DNA of 64,000 nt from Candidatus Omnitrophota bacterium (GCA_003598135.1 QZKA01000027.1:20788-84787); one strand, 5' to 3'; shown: positions 1-8,636, counted from the stretch's first letter. The notes: generated by a model not told the origin, from the sequence alone. Numbers and translations are program-made.

Positions 1-1286
1 ATAGCCAGCTCACTTCCGAACTATATAAGATTACCGATTCCAAACGGGCGATCCTGGGAAGCGATCATAACTTCTTGAAAGATTATTTTTATCGTGAGTA
101 CGAAAAGGATGCACAGCCGTTATCCTATGCCCTTTATCACCGTTCATTCAATTACTCGAGCCTTGACGTCATGGTCCAGAAGCGCCTTAACCGCTGGTAT
201 TCGCAGCTTGAGAAGTTGCCGGAAGTAAAATATAGCCTGCCGAGCCTTCAGGTCGGTCAGACGCCTTTATATTTTGAAAATAATATGTCCGCAGCCAACT
301 TCAATTATAAATACGCCGTCCCTTCAGCATCGGCAAATGACGTGAGTGTCTTGAGGTTCGATACTACAAATAAAATCTTTCTCCCTTCCAGGATTGCATT
401 TATGCAGTTTACTCCTTACCTGGCCAGCCGCCAGACTTTTTATGATAGGGATATCAACGGTTCTTCTGTTGCTCCCAGGACTGTTTTCTATACGGGGGCA
501 GACATAAGTACCAAGTTTTACCGTATCTATAACGTCAACACCAATTTTCTTAAGCTTGACCTTAACGGCTTGAGGCATGTGATTACACCGACAATCGGAT
601 ATGCCTATACGCATAAACCGACGGTGAACAGTGTAAGGCTTAATCAGATTGACGCGGTTGATGCCATTGGCAAGAGCAATGCGGTTTCATTTCAACTTTC
701 GAATAAATTGCAGACAAAGCGAAAAGAGGTAAACGTTGATGTGGTTGATCTATTGGTAACTACCGATTATAAATTTTATGCAGTAGACCCAGCTTCCGGC
801 GATAAAAGCGGAGGGAGTTTTTCTGATTTCCTTATGAAGATGAAACTTTTGCCTTTTTCCTGGATGCGCATGGATGTGGATGCCACCTATAAGCCTCAAG
901 GGGATTATTTTTCCGAAGTTAACCCCAGCCTCTCCATGGAATTCGGCAAAGAGCGTTCGATTTCGTTCGGTCACCGGTATTTAAGGAAAGGCGGCAAAGA
1001 AATGACTTTTAGTAGTTCATGGCGCCTTAACCCTAAGTGGAAGCTCGGTATGTATGAACGGTATCAAATTGCCGATCTGCTTGGTAGTACGAAAGGCCTA
1101 GCAGAGCAGCAATATAGCGTTACCCGGGACTTGCATTGTTGGGAGATGGAAGTGAATCACACTACCAAGAAGAACGAAGGCAGCACTATCTGGTTAATTT
1201 TTAGGCTTAAGGCATTTCCGGAAATGGAATTTAACGTTAATCAATCGTATCACAGCCCGCAATCTGGCTCACAGTCTAATCCATAA
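1..1286 (+). CDS. lptD: LptD/OstA-family LPS-assembly outer-membrane protein, C-terminal beta-barrel portion; 5' end lies outside the window
   Basis: Frame 3 is open from position 3 with no upstream stop, so the track's TTG at 75 is not the true start. C-terminal pattern D-x-H-CW-x(6)-H...IWLIFRLKAF resembles the LptD C-terminus (DCCWAVRLVYER...IFLQLELKGL in E. coli). The stretch reads as beta-strand-rich and aromatic. Confidence 0.55.
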   Translation, partial: SQLTSELYKITDSKRAILGSDHNFLKDYFYREYEKDAQPLSYALYHRSFNYSSLDVMVQKRLNRWYSQLEKLPEVKYSLPSLQVGQTPLYFENNMSAANFNYKYAVPSASANDVSVLRFDTTNKIFLPSRIAFMQFTPYLASRQTFYDRDINGSSVAPRTVFYTGADISTKFYRIYNVNTNFLKLDLNGLRHVITPTIGYAYTHKPTVNSVRLNQIDAVDAIGKSNAVSFQLSNKLQTKRKEVNVDVVDLLVTTDYKFYAVDPASGDKSGGSFSDFLMKMKLLPFSWMRMDVDATYKPQGDYFSEVNPSLSMEFGKERSISFGHRYLRKGGKEMTFSSSWRLNPKWKLGMYERYQIADLLGSTKGLAEQQYSVTRDLHCWEMEVNHTTKKNEGSTIWLIFRLKAFPEMEFNVNQSYHSPQSGSQSNP

Positions 1287-1299
1287 CACATTAGAGGCC

Positions 1300-2610
1300 A
1301 TGGAGAATTTTGTCAGACAGTTCAGGGACAAGGTTAAGAAGAAACAGCTTAAAATCGGGGTAGTGGGCTTAGGGTATGTGGGCCTACCATTGGCTATAGA
1401 GTTTGCAAAGAAGGGGTTTTCAGTAACCGGCATAGAAGTCGATACAGACAGGCTCTCTAGCCTTAAGAAAAAAATATCGTATATTACCGATGTCAGCACC
1501 GTCGAATTACGCTGTGTCGTTGACTCTGGCGCTTTAACCGCTACTTGTGATTTCGGTGTCCTCAAGAAGATAGACGTAGTAATTATTTGCGTGCCGACCC
1601 CTTTAAAGAAAAAATACCTTCCTGACATCTCCTATATCAAGACCGCAGTCAGGGCTATAGCCGGGCATTTAAAAAAGAAGGCCCTGGTTATTCTAGAGAG
1701 CACCACTTATCCAGGCACTACCGAAGAAGTGATACGCCCATTATTTGAGGCGCGGGATTTAAGGCACGGCAGGGATTTTTATCTCTGTTTTTCTCCTGAA
1801 AGAATAGACCCTGGCAATACGGTGTTTCCGGTGCATAAAATCACCAAGGTGGTAGGCGGCATAGATAAGACCGATGCGTACCTCGCAGGATTAGTGTACG
1901 GCACCATTATTGAAAAAGTCGAATTGGTTTCTTCGGTCAGGGTAGCTGAATTCGCCAAATTACTTGAGAATACCTTTCGGCTCGTCAATATAGGCCTTAT
2001 CGATGAGATAGCCATGATGTGCCATAAGATGGACGTTAAGGTCTGGGAAGTAATCAAGGCAGCCAAAACCAAGCCTTTTGGCTTTATGCCTTTTTATCCC
2101 GGGCCGGGTGTAGGCGGCCATTGTATTCCTAAGGACCCGCTGTACCTTTACTGGAAGGCAAAAAAATTCGGTTTCAGCTCGCGTTTCATAAGACTCGCTT
2201 CTGATATCATTTCCTATATGCCGGCATATGTTACCTCAAGAGTCGCAGACTTATTGCGCAAAAAAAACAAGTCTCTTCAGAAAGCAAAGATTTTGGTAGT
2301 TGGCGTGACATACAAGAAAGATATAAAGGACCTCAGGAAATCGCCCGCGCTTGATATAATCGGGATATTGCAGGAGAAGAGATGCGCAGTTTCGTATTAC
2401 GATCCGTTAATTCCCTATTTGAAATTTAACGATATCGACCTTATTTCAATTAAACTTACTCCTTCGGCCATTAAGCGTTTTGATTGCGTAATCATTGCGA
2501 CTGACCATTCCCGCCTAGATTATGCAATGATTGCAGGGAACGCAAAGCTTGTGTTTGATACCAGGAACGTGTACAACAACCTTAGCGCAAAGAATATTTT
2601 TTTGTTATAA
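1300..2610 (+). CDS. Nucleotide-sugar 6-dehydrogenase of the UDP-ManNAc/UDP-GlcNAc dehydrogenase family (WecC/WbpA/Cap5O-like)
   Basis: N-terminal Rossmann motif IGVVGLGYVGLPLA and catalytic GGHCIPKDP motif. Length 436 aa is typical of the UDP-glucose/GDP-mannose dehydrogenase superfamily. Confidence 0.8.
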   Translation: MENFVRQFRDKVKKKQLKIGVVGLGYVGLPLAIEFAKKGFSVTGIEVDTDRLSSLKKKISYITDVSTVELRCVVDSGALTATCDFGVLKKIDVVIICVPTPLKKKYLPDISYIKTAVRAIAGHLKKKALVILESTTYPGTTEEVIRPLFEARDLRHGRDFYLCFSPERIDPGNTVFPVHKITKVVGGIDKTDAYLAGLVYGTIIEKVELVSSVRVAEFAKLLENTFRLVNIGLIDEIAMMCHKMDVKVWEVIKAAKTKPFGFMPFYPGPGVGGHCIPKDPLYLYWKAKKFGFSSRFIRLASDIISYMPAYVTSRVADLLRKKNKSLQKAKILVVGVTYKKDIKDLRKSPALDIIGILQEKRCAVSYYDPLIPYLKFNDIDLISIKLTPSAIKRFDCVIIATDHSRLDYAMIAGNAKLVFDTRNVYNNLSAKNIFLL

Positions 2611-2623
2611 TAAAGGCACGGAT

Positions 2624-3031
2624 ATGCAAAAGCGCTCATTTACGCTCGTTGAAGTAATGCTGGTAGTTACGATAATCGCCGCATTAGTTGCAATTGCCAT
2701 CCCGCAGCTTTTACGCATGCGCATAAACGCAAATGATGCAGCTGCGCAGACTACCCTCAGGACAATCGCAATTGCCTGCGAAGATTATGCCTCGGCAAAC
2801 CACGGTAACTATCCTTCTGAGTTCGGCGCCCTTCTTAATTCTACTCCTGCATACCTCAATGAAAACTACACCTCCCGAAGCAGGCAGGGTTATAATTTCA
2901 ATTGCAGTGCGCAGATGAACATGGTGGGATATAATTGTAGCGCAACGCCTGTTGCATGTAATATGACCGGTGCAAAAATTTTCACGATTACTACGGGAAG
3001 CGTATTGACCAATACCGATTGTGCGCCGTAG
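2624..3031 (+). CDS. Type IV pilin-like protein, paralog 1 (class III signal peptide; S at the -1 position)
   Basis: MQKRS-FTLVEVMLVVTIIAALVAIAIP is a prepilin cleavage/methylation N-terminus with E at +5. The track ORF at 2531 begins inside the upstream gene, and the ATG at 2624 fits the pilin N-terminus. The conserved C-terminal block PAYLNENYT..RQGYNF.C...YNC.ATP..CN.TG..F.ITTG is shared with paralogs 2-4. Confidence 0.7.
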   Translation: MQKRSFTLVEVMLVVTIIAALVAIAIPQLLRMRINANDAAAQTTLRTIAIACEDYASANHGNYPSEFGALLNSTPAYLNENYTSRSRQGYNFNCSAQMNMVGYNCSATPVACNMTGAKIFTITTGSVLTNTDCAP

Positions 3032-3049
3032 CTACTAAAGGAGTAAGGC

Positions 3050-3466
3050 ATGAAAAAAGGCCTAACACTGATAGAGGTATTTGTGACAACGGTTATTATT
3101 GTGATATTGTTTTCAATCGCAGTGCCCCGCCTGCAGCGCATGCGGATTAACAGTAACGAGGCTGCTGCCAGGGTTATTGTCCAGAAAATATCCGTTGCTG
3201 CTGAGACATACGCGTTTGCGCATAATGGAGTGTATGCGAGCAATATAATAAATCTCACTTCTTCTACTCCAAGATATCTTGAGGAAAATTATTCCGCCAA
3301 ACCCCAGCACGGTTACAATTTTGTTTACTCGTCACCAGATATTCAGGGTACGGGTTATTCGGCGACCGGTATCCCTGTATCCTGTAACAGAACCGGGACC
3401 AGGGTTTTTGTGGTTACTACGAATAATACGACGCGTGCAGCATTAAGTGTCTCAGGCTGCATTTGA
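3050..3466 (+). CDS. Type IV pilin-like protein, paralog 2
   Basis: MKKG-LTLIEVFV prepilin N-terminus; RBS AAGGAG lies 8 nt upstream. Shares the C-terminal ENYS..QHGYNF...CNRTG..F.VTT block with the other paralogs. Confidence 0.75.
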   Translation: MKKGLTLIEVFVTTVIIVILFSIAVPRLQRMRINSNEAAARVIVQKISVAAETYAFAHNGVYASNIINLTSSTPRYLEENYSAKPQHGYNFVYSSPDIQGTGYSATGIPVSCNRTGTRVFVVTTNNTTRAALSVSGCI

Positions 3467-3476
3467 CCCGCCTGTC

Positions 3477-3505
3477 TTGACAAACCCAGATATGCGTGGT
3501 ATACT
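3477..3505 (+). promoter_or_regulatory. Candidate sigma70 promoter, 11 nt downstream of the pilin-2 stop codon
   Basis: TTGACA (3477-3482), 17-nt spacer, TATACT (3500-3505). A consensus -35 with a near-consensus -10 at optimal spacing. Confidence 0.4.
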
Positions 3506-3511
3506 TTTAAT

Positions 3512-3756
3512 TGACAATTTGGTGTAACTGAAAAAGGCAAACCATTCGTAAGAATGGGACGGGTCTTTACCCGGCTTAGCGTATGTCTTTATCTATAAAG
3601 CGTAAGCCGCAAAACTAAAGGGCCCCTGAGCCGAAAATGAAGCAAGGCTCTTGAGGGTAGCCAGTTGCCAGTTAAAAGAACTCGAACCTATTCTTTCCCT
3701 TCTTAAAAGAAGGGGGGCAGTATTTTGCCTGAGTGGAGAATAGGTTTTTTATTTTT
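3512..3756 (+). ncRNA. Candidate small non-coding RNA of about 240 nt, running from the promoter at 3477-3505 to the terminator at 3687-3756; family not recognised
   Basis: The longest + strand ORF in the unit is 14 codons and has no RBS. The unit is bounded by a consensus promoter and a nested-stem intrinsic terminator, and the next gene carries its own promoter. Confidence 0.25.
3687..3756 (+). terminator. Rho-independent terminator (nested hairpins followed by a U-tract)
   Basis: Outer stem CCTATTCT (3687-3694) pairs with AGAATAGG (3737-3744). It encloses the inner hairpin CCCTTCTT-AA-AAGAAGGG (3697-3714) and is followed by TTTTTTATTTTT (3745-3756). Confidence 0.5.
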
Positions 3757-3769
3757 AGAGAAATTTTGC

Positions 3770-3798
3770 TTGACAAGAACGAAAGGAGGTGATATAAA
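3770..3798 (+). promoter_or_regulatory. Sigma70 promoter of the candidate major pilin gene
   Basis: TTGACA (3770-3775), 17-nt spacer, TATAAA (3793-3798). The predicted 5' UTR to the ATG at 3947 is about 140 nt, with GGGGG/GGAAAG RBS-like sequence ahead of the start. Confidence 0.5.
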
Positions 3799-3946
3799 GT
3801 TATAAATCAGGGGACTGGCAGGAAATCTTATTCTTTGGAACTCAATGAACAGCAATAAGTTATAATTTAGCTAGTATAAAACTAGTCATAAAGAATAAGA
3901 GAGTAATGCCCTAGTCAATCATACCTAGAAAGGGGGTATTGGAAAG

Positions 3947-4366
3947 ATGAAGAAAGGTTTTACGCTCGTAGAAATCATGATTGTTGTAGCCATTATCGCA
4001 TTGTTAGCAGCAATCGCCATACCTAACCTGTTGCGTGCAAGAGTAAATGCCAATGAATCCACCGCACAGGCTACGCTTAAGACGATTGCAACCGCAGCTG
4101 AATCTTTTGCTTCGGCGAACGCCGGCGCATACCCAAGCAACATGTCGGCTATGTTGACCGCTAATCCTGCGTATCTAAACGAAAACTATACCAATGGTAC
4201 GAGGCAGGGATATAATTTCACCTGTACCTTTACTGCAACTTCGTATGTATGCAACGCGACTCCTGCTACCATTAACCAGACAGGTACCAGGTCGTTCGCC
4301 ATTTGCACGGGTGCGGTTATGAATACGTCGGCAGTTGGTAGTGCTACAGCTCCTGCGTGTCCGTAG
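3947..4366 (+). CDS. Type IV pilin, paralog 3; candidate major pilin
   Basis: Canonical MKKG-FTLVEIMIVVAIIALLAAIAIP prepilin N-terminus. It is the only paralog flanked by both a consensus promoter and a strong terminator. It has four Cys and eight N-x-S/T sequons in 139 aa. Confidence 0.8.
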   Translation: MKKGFTLVEIMIVVAIIALLAAIAIPNLLRARVNANESTAQATLKTIATAAESFASANAGAYPSNMSAMLTANPAYLNENYTNGTRQGYNFTCTFTATSYVCNATPATINQTGTRSFAICTGAVMNTSAVGSATAPACP

Positions 4367-4393
4367 TTTTTTATACCACAGCCTGAGGATTTT

Positions 4394-4434
4394 CCCCGTA
4401 CCTACTTTTTAGTAGGTACGGGGCTTTAATTTTA
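4394..4434 (+). terminator. Strong rho-independent terminator downstream of pilin paralog 3
   Basis: CCCCGTACCTACT / AGTAGGTACGGGG forms a perfect 13-bp GC-rich stem around a TTTT loop, followed by CTTTAATTTT. Confidence 0.65.
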
Positions 4435-4562
4435 TGCGGGCAGCTAAAAGTATACCCGTTCTTTTTAATATCTAAATTTTCCTTTAGCAATAAATAAAAT
4501 AGAATACTATTGTATTCAGAAATATTTATGATAAAATAGTTTTATTCTTAAGGAGTGCGTGT

Positions 4563-4982
4563 ATGTATCGTGACAACAAAGGATTAAGCCTTATCGCCGT
4601 AATGATCAGCATCGCGGCGGTATCCTTGCTTTTAAGAATCGCAATAGGCCAGATCATTAAGATTAATATTGCGCAGAATGAAGCTGATGCTTCTAATACT
4701 ATGAAACTGATTTCAGCTGCGCTTGAAAATTATGCCAAGAATTACAAGGATGCATACCCTTCGAACCTGTCCGTCCTTATTGAAACAACGCCGCCGTACC
4801 TTGAAAAAGATTTTACCAGTTTTGAATCGATAAAGGGATACGAATACAATTGTGACAGGCTTGATCCTTTGGGTTATAACTGTCTGGCATCTCCTGTGAA
4901 ATGCATGCTCAGCGGAGAAAAAAGCTTTACCATCATTACAGGAGGAATTATTTCTTCGGAAGATTGCCGCAGGAGAGAGTAA
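4563..4982 (+). CDS. Divergent type IV pilin-like protein, paralog 4 (degenerate N-terminus)
   Basis: N-terminus NKG-LSLIAVMISIAAVSLLL lacks Glu at +5. The paralog C-terminal block is kept: YPSN...PPYLEKD..GYEYNC...GYNC.ASPVKC..SGEKSF.IITGG. RBS AAGGAG present; a possible TTGTAT-16-TAAAAT promoter lies upstream. Confidence 0.55.
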   Translation: MYRDNKGLSLIAVMISIAAVSLLLRIAIGQIIKINIAQNEADASNTMKLISAALENYAKNYKDAYPSNLSVLIETTPPYLEKDFTSFESIKGYEYNCDRLDPLGYNCLASPVKCMLSGEKSFTIITGGIISSEDCRRRE

Positions 4983-4983
4983 G

Positions 4984-5379
4984 ATGAAGCCTAGGGGTTT
5001 TACTCTGGCAGAGCTTCTTCTGGCAGCTGCGATTTTGGCGTTTGCGTTGACTAGCTTGCTTGTTCTTTTTGTAAATTGCCTGTTTCTGAATGAAAATAAC
5101 CGTAACTCAAGTATTGCCGTTGGCCATGCACAGTATGTGCTTGAGGATATCAAGAATACAGCGTTTGAGTTGATGAGCTCAAGGATTCAGAACGGTACCT
5201 GGAGTTGGAGCAGTACGGTGATAGAGTCTCGGGGCCTTACGCCCTTGAGGAATGAACTTATCACTACTTCCTGTTCAGGAACAGACCCTTTGGACGTACG
5301 GGTGAGGGTGTTCTGGCAGAGCAAGGGCCAGACCGCAGGGACGAAAAACGTTACCGTAGAAACCTTATTTAGCAGATAA
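4984..5379 (+). CDS. Minor pseudopilin with a prepilin-type N-terminal cleavage/methylation domain
   Basis: MKPRG-FTLAELLLAAAILAFALTSLLVLF matches the class III signal. The 2-nt gap to the upstream gene suggests co-translation. Confidence 0.6.
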   Translation: MKPRGFTLAELLLAAAILAFALTSLLVLFVNCLFLNENNRNSSIAVGHAQYVLEDIKNTAFELMSSRIQNGTWSWSSTVIESRGLTPLRNELITTSCSGTDPLDVRVRVFWQSKGQTAGTKNVTVETLFSR

Positions 5380-5383
5380 TGCC

Positions 5384-5923
5384 ATGAACGGTTTTACGCT
5401 GATTGAATTGCTCTTGGTGGCGGTGCTTTTTGTGTTTCTCATTAGCGGGATCTTTTTGGTGTTGGATGTAGGAGAGAAAACCTGGAATTATGATTTGGGA
5501 ATCCTGGATTTGCAGCAGTATGCCCGTAATGCGATGGACGGAATGGTGAGGGAGCTAAGACAGGCGCGCTCCAACAATATCACTATTACGAATATTACCT
5601 TAAATAGTACCAGAATCGATTTTAAAATGCCTTATAATGCCACCAATACCACGGTGAGTTATTTCTTAAACGGTACTCAGATTATAAGGGAGCAGCCAAC
5701 TGGATCGAATTGCGTCTCTGTGTGGGATGGGAACCGCTGCAGGATTCTCGCCCAGAACATTACGGTTCTTAATTTCGGACGTTCTGGCAATGTGGTGGAT
5801 GTACAATTGAGGGCGGAAAAGTCCGCAAGGGGAAGATGGCTGTATTACCCTTTAAAAAATAATCCTGCCAACGTAACCGAAGTGAGATTTTTGAAAGAAC
5901 GGGTAAGGTTAAGAAATGAATAA
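5384..5923 (+). CDS. Minor pseudopilin (PilW/GspJ-like)
   Basis: MNG-FTLIELLLVAVLFVFLISGIFL prepilin N-terminus. The protein is extremely rich in N-x-T sequons: NIT, NIT, NST, NAT, NTT, NGT, NIT, NVT. Confidence 0.6.
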   Translation: MNGFTLIELLLVAVLFVFLISGIFLVLDVGEKTWNYDLGILDLQQYARNAMDGMVRELRQARSNNITITNITLNSTRIDFKMPYNATNTTVSYFLNGTQIIREQPTGSNCVSVWDGNRCRILAQNITVLNFGRSGNVVDVQLRAEKSARGRWLYYPLKNNPANVTEVRFLKERVRLRNE

Positions 5924-7007
5924 GAAGGGCATTGCCTTGATTCTCATTTTTTCCACGATCGTGGTATTGACTGCGATAGGCGCGGCAATAGTGTTGCGCA
6001 GTGTAGCAGAGCGTGCCTATGTGCAGCAATATATGGAGTCAACCCAGGCATTCTGGCTTGCTGAAGCAGGCATCAACAGGGCTAAAAAAGAATTACGCAG
6101 TACGTATAGCGCAACAGGAACCGATATCTGGCAGGGTAATTTAACTTCAGTGCCCGGCGGCTACAATGTAAGTGTAGCGGATGTCTCTATTGACGGAAAA
6201 CCATGCAAAAACGTTACTGCATACGGGTATGTCCCCACAACTGCTCCTTACAGGGCGCGACGCGCCATTCAGGTCATTATCAAGAAACAAATTCCTGGCG
6301 GGTTTTATGATAATGCCATCTATACTGCAGGAGATTTGGATATCAATGGCGATTCATATAGCGTGACAGGGAACATCCTTTATGCCGGAGATTATGAAGT
6401 TGAGCATGATAATATCAGCGGAACCGCAACTCAGGATACCAGCATCAGCCCTTTGGCTAGGTTCGATTTTACACAACTAAAAGTCTTGAGTGAGGCGCAA
6501 GGGAATTTTTATGATATCACCCGGATTACCCGCGTGGAACATAAACAGGAAACCTTTCCTTCAACCTTCTGGTACACGCGCGCAGACGATGGTGTTGACA
6601 ATGATGGCGATGGTACTATTGATGAGGTAGATGAGTGGGTGCCGAATATCCTGTATCTCGAAGGAGATTTGACGCTTAATGGTAACATCGGGACAATCGG
6701 TGGCTTTTTTGTGGTAGTCGGCGATGTGATTACTGATCCTGATGATACAGAGGATATGACCATTAACGGCAATGGTACGATAGACGGGGTGATTTATACA
6801 AGGGGCGAGTTCAGGATAAACGGCGGCGGCGGGAATCTAAACGTAAACGGCGGAATATGGTCCGGTATTGAGGCAAGGATTAATGGTAATGCCAATATTG
6901 CCTATAACCAGGCATACATGGATTCTATTGAAGGGCTCAATATTGAGCCCGATATCCAGATAACAAACTGGAAGGAAAGCATAAATCCTTATAAAATGTA
7001 TCTTTAA
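5916..7007 (+). CDS. PilX/GspK-like minor pilin (pilus-tip adhesin or priming-subunit candidate)
   Basis: Has an N-terminal hydrophobic helix followed by YVQQY..TQAFWLAEAGI, which is the PilX_N-type motif. A 363-aa secreted domain rich in G, N and D follows. Confidence 0.5.
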   Translation: MNKKGIALILIFSTIVVLTAIGAAIVLRSVAERAYVQQYMESTQAFWLAEAGINRAKKELRSTYSATGTDIWQGNLTSVPGGYNVSVADVSIDGKPCKNVTAYGYVPTTAPYRARRAIQVIIKKQIPGGFYDNAIYTAGDLDINGDSYSVTGNILYAGDYEVEHDNISGTATQDTSISPLARFDFTQLKVLSEAQGNFYDITRITRVEHKQETFPSTFWYTRADDGVDNDGDGTIDEVDEWVPNILYLEGDLTLNGNIGTIGGFFVVVGDVITDPDDTEDMTINGNGTIDGVIYTRGEFRINGGGGNLNVNGGIWSGIEARINGNANIAYNQAYMDSIEGLNIEPDIQITNWKESINPYKMYL

Positions 7008-7017
7008 AGGCAATCCG

Positions 7018-8052
7018 ATGAAATTACCTATAGATATTTTCGTAAAAAAGGGCCCACAAGCGAAAGCCAGGGTTACTTTAGGTTTGGACGTAGGTTCAAA
7101 TTCCATAAAGTTCGTAAAGTTATTGCAAGATAAGGATGCGTTCCAGCTTGTATCGTATGCCTTAGAAGAGAAGCAGCTTGATCTGGAAGAGGTATTCAAG
7201 AAAATAATCGATCCCAAAGACTTAAAAAGGCCGGTTACTATTTCTGTATCGGGTGCTCCTACCATCATGAGGTACGTGTCGTTTCCCAAAATGAACCAGC
7301 AGGAATTAAAGCAGGCCCTTAAATTCGAGGCACAAAAGCACATTCCTTTTTCAATCGCCGAGGTCAACCTTGACAGCTGCATTTTGAAACAAGACCTGCC
7401 TGATAACAAGATGCTGGTTTTGGTAGCTGCGGTTAAGAAAGAACCGCTGGAACAGAAGCTCAGGGTTTTTAAGGAACTGAACCTCCTGATACATTTTATT
7501 GATATCGATGCCCTTGCGTTGATAAATGCGTTTACCTTTAATTATGCAGATACCGATGTCCTTAAAGGGAAGGCAGTAGCGTTGCTTAATATCGGGGCGC
7601 TTGAAAGCAACCTCGATATCCTTGAAGACGGCGTTCCCCGTCTTAGCCGGGATATACACATAGGGGGTAACCATTTTACCCAGAAGCTTGCCGATATCTT
7701 TGGCGCCGACCAGAAAGCAGCGGAAAAAATGAAGCTGTCCCCTGATAAGGAAAAAACCGAACAGATCAATGCTGCGGCTGAAAACGTACTCGTGCATCTT
7801 GCCAAGGAGTTGCGCAGCTCTTTTGATTATTATGAAAGCCAGAGCGTTTCTTCGGTAAGCAAGATTTTCCTAAGCGGAGGCTCGAGTCTGTATATGAGCC
7901 TCGGTTCTATCCTTACCACAATGCTGGGAGTTCCCGTTGAAAGATGGGATCCGTTTAGGCGGATTATTCTACCGGATTCCGCTGATATGTCGCAGCTTAA
8001 GTCAGTAGCAGGCCAATTCGCGGTAGCAGTAGGCCTGGCATTGAGGACTTAA
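7018..8052 (+). CDS. pilM: Type IV pilus assembly protein PilM (actin-like ATPase fold)
   Basis: LGLDVGSNSIKFVKL is the characteristic PilM N-terminal motif. The protein is 344 aa and sits immediately upstream of pilN. Confidence 0.8.
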   Translation: MKLPIDIFVKKGPQAKARVTLGLDVGSNSIKFVKLLQDKDAFQLVSYALEEKQLDLEEVFKKIIDPKDLKRPVTISVSGAPTIMRYVSFPKMNQQELKQALKFEAQKHIPFSIAEVNLDSCILKQDLPDNKMLVLVAAVKKEPLEQKLRVFKELNLLIHFIDIDALALINAFTFNYADTDVLKGKAVALLNIGALESNLDILEDGVPRLSRDIHIGGNHFTQKLADIFGADQKAAEKMKLSPDKEKTEQINAAAENVLVHLAKELRSSFDYYESQSVSSVSKIFLSGGSSLYMSLGSILTTMLGVPVERWDPFRRIILPDSADMSQLKSVAGQFAVAVGLALRT

Positions 8053-8060
8053 TAATCCCT

Positions 8061-8636
8061 ATGATAGAAATTAACCTTTTACCAGAAGAACTGAAGGCGA
8101 AGGCGAGAAAAATCCAGGCAAGCGAAAAATTCCAATATATCGTTTACGGGATTCTTGCGGTGTGTGTGCTTTTCATTGTCTTGCATGTTTTCTTTGGTGT
8201 AATAGCAATCGCAAAGGGCGTGCGTCTGAATTCTCTTAAGGCCCAAGGCAAAAAATTACAGCCGCAACTGAAGGCCTTGGAAGATTTCAGGAAAGAGAAC
8301 AAAGAGCTCTCAGCCGAAGAGAAGGGTATGCAGGATTTAGTTGCCAAGAGAATAAACTGGGCCGAAAAACTAAATTTCTTAAGCCGTGACCTTATCATGG
8401 GGACCTGGTTTAGGGAGTTATCCGTAACCCCTAAGGAATTAATTATAAAAGGAGCCGCGGTGTCTTTAGAGAAAGAAGAGCTGAGGCTTCTTGATAAGTT
8501 TATAGAGAACCTTAAGAAAGACGAACGTTTCTTTAAGGACTTTACCGCAATAGAATTGAAATCCGTAACGCGAGCACTGATCGGCAACTATGAAGTGGTT
8601 GATTTTACGCTGGTAGTGCCTGCGAGAGAAAGATGA
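8061..8636 (+). CDS. pilN: Type IV pilus assembly protein PilN
   Basis: Hallmark N-terminal INLLP motif (MIEINLLPEEL) followed by a single TM helix. Confidence 0.8.
   Translation: MIEINLLPEELKAKARKIQASEKFQYIVYGILAVCVLFIVLHVFFGVIAIAKGVRLNSLKAQGKKLQPQLKALEDFRKENKELSAEEKGMQDLVAKRINWAEKLNFLSRDLIMGTWFRELSVTPKELIIKGAAVSLEKEELRLLDKFIENLKKDERFFKDFTAIELKSVTRALIGNYEVVDFTLVVPARER

Noticed and set aside
324-1628. Minus-strand ORFs 324-614, 750-974 and 1269-1628
   Set aside because: All overlap the LptD-like and dehydrogenase CDSs on the opposite strand, with no RBS or domain signal. Dozens of similar short antisense ORFs elsewhere were dropped for the same reason, for example 7351-7797, 8144-8587, 17327-17866, 22284-22706, 38161-38643, 50829-51260 and 62519-63064.
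2733-2918. 61-aa + strand ORF inside pilin paralog 1
   Set aside because: It is an alternative frame of a well-supported pilin CDS and is Pro/Arg-rich. Frame overlap explains it.
3569-3578. ACCCGGCTTA decamer resembling the conserved 3' region of bacterial RNase P RNA
   Set aside because: The 5' P4 strand (GGAAAGTCCGGGC) would have to lie about 300 nt upstream, inside the pilin-2 CDS, and it is not present. The 10-nt match is best explained by chance.
3681-3690. CTCGAACC resembling a tRNA T-arm (GGTTCGAATCC)
   Set aside because: There is no acceptor-stem complement or anticodon-arm structure in the flanking sequence. It is part of the terminator's outer stem instead.
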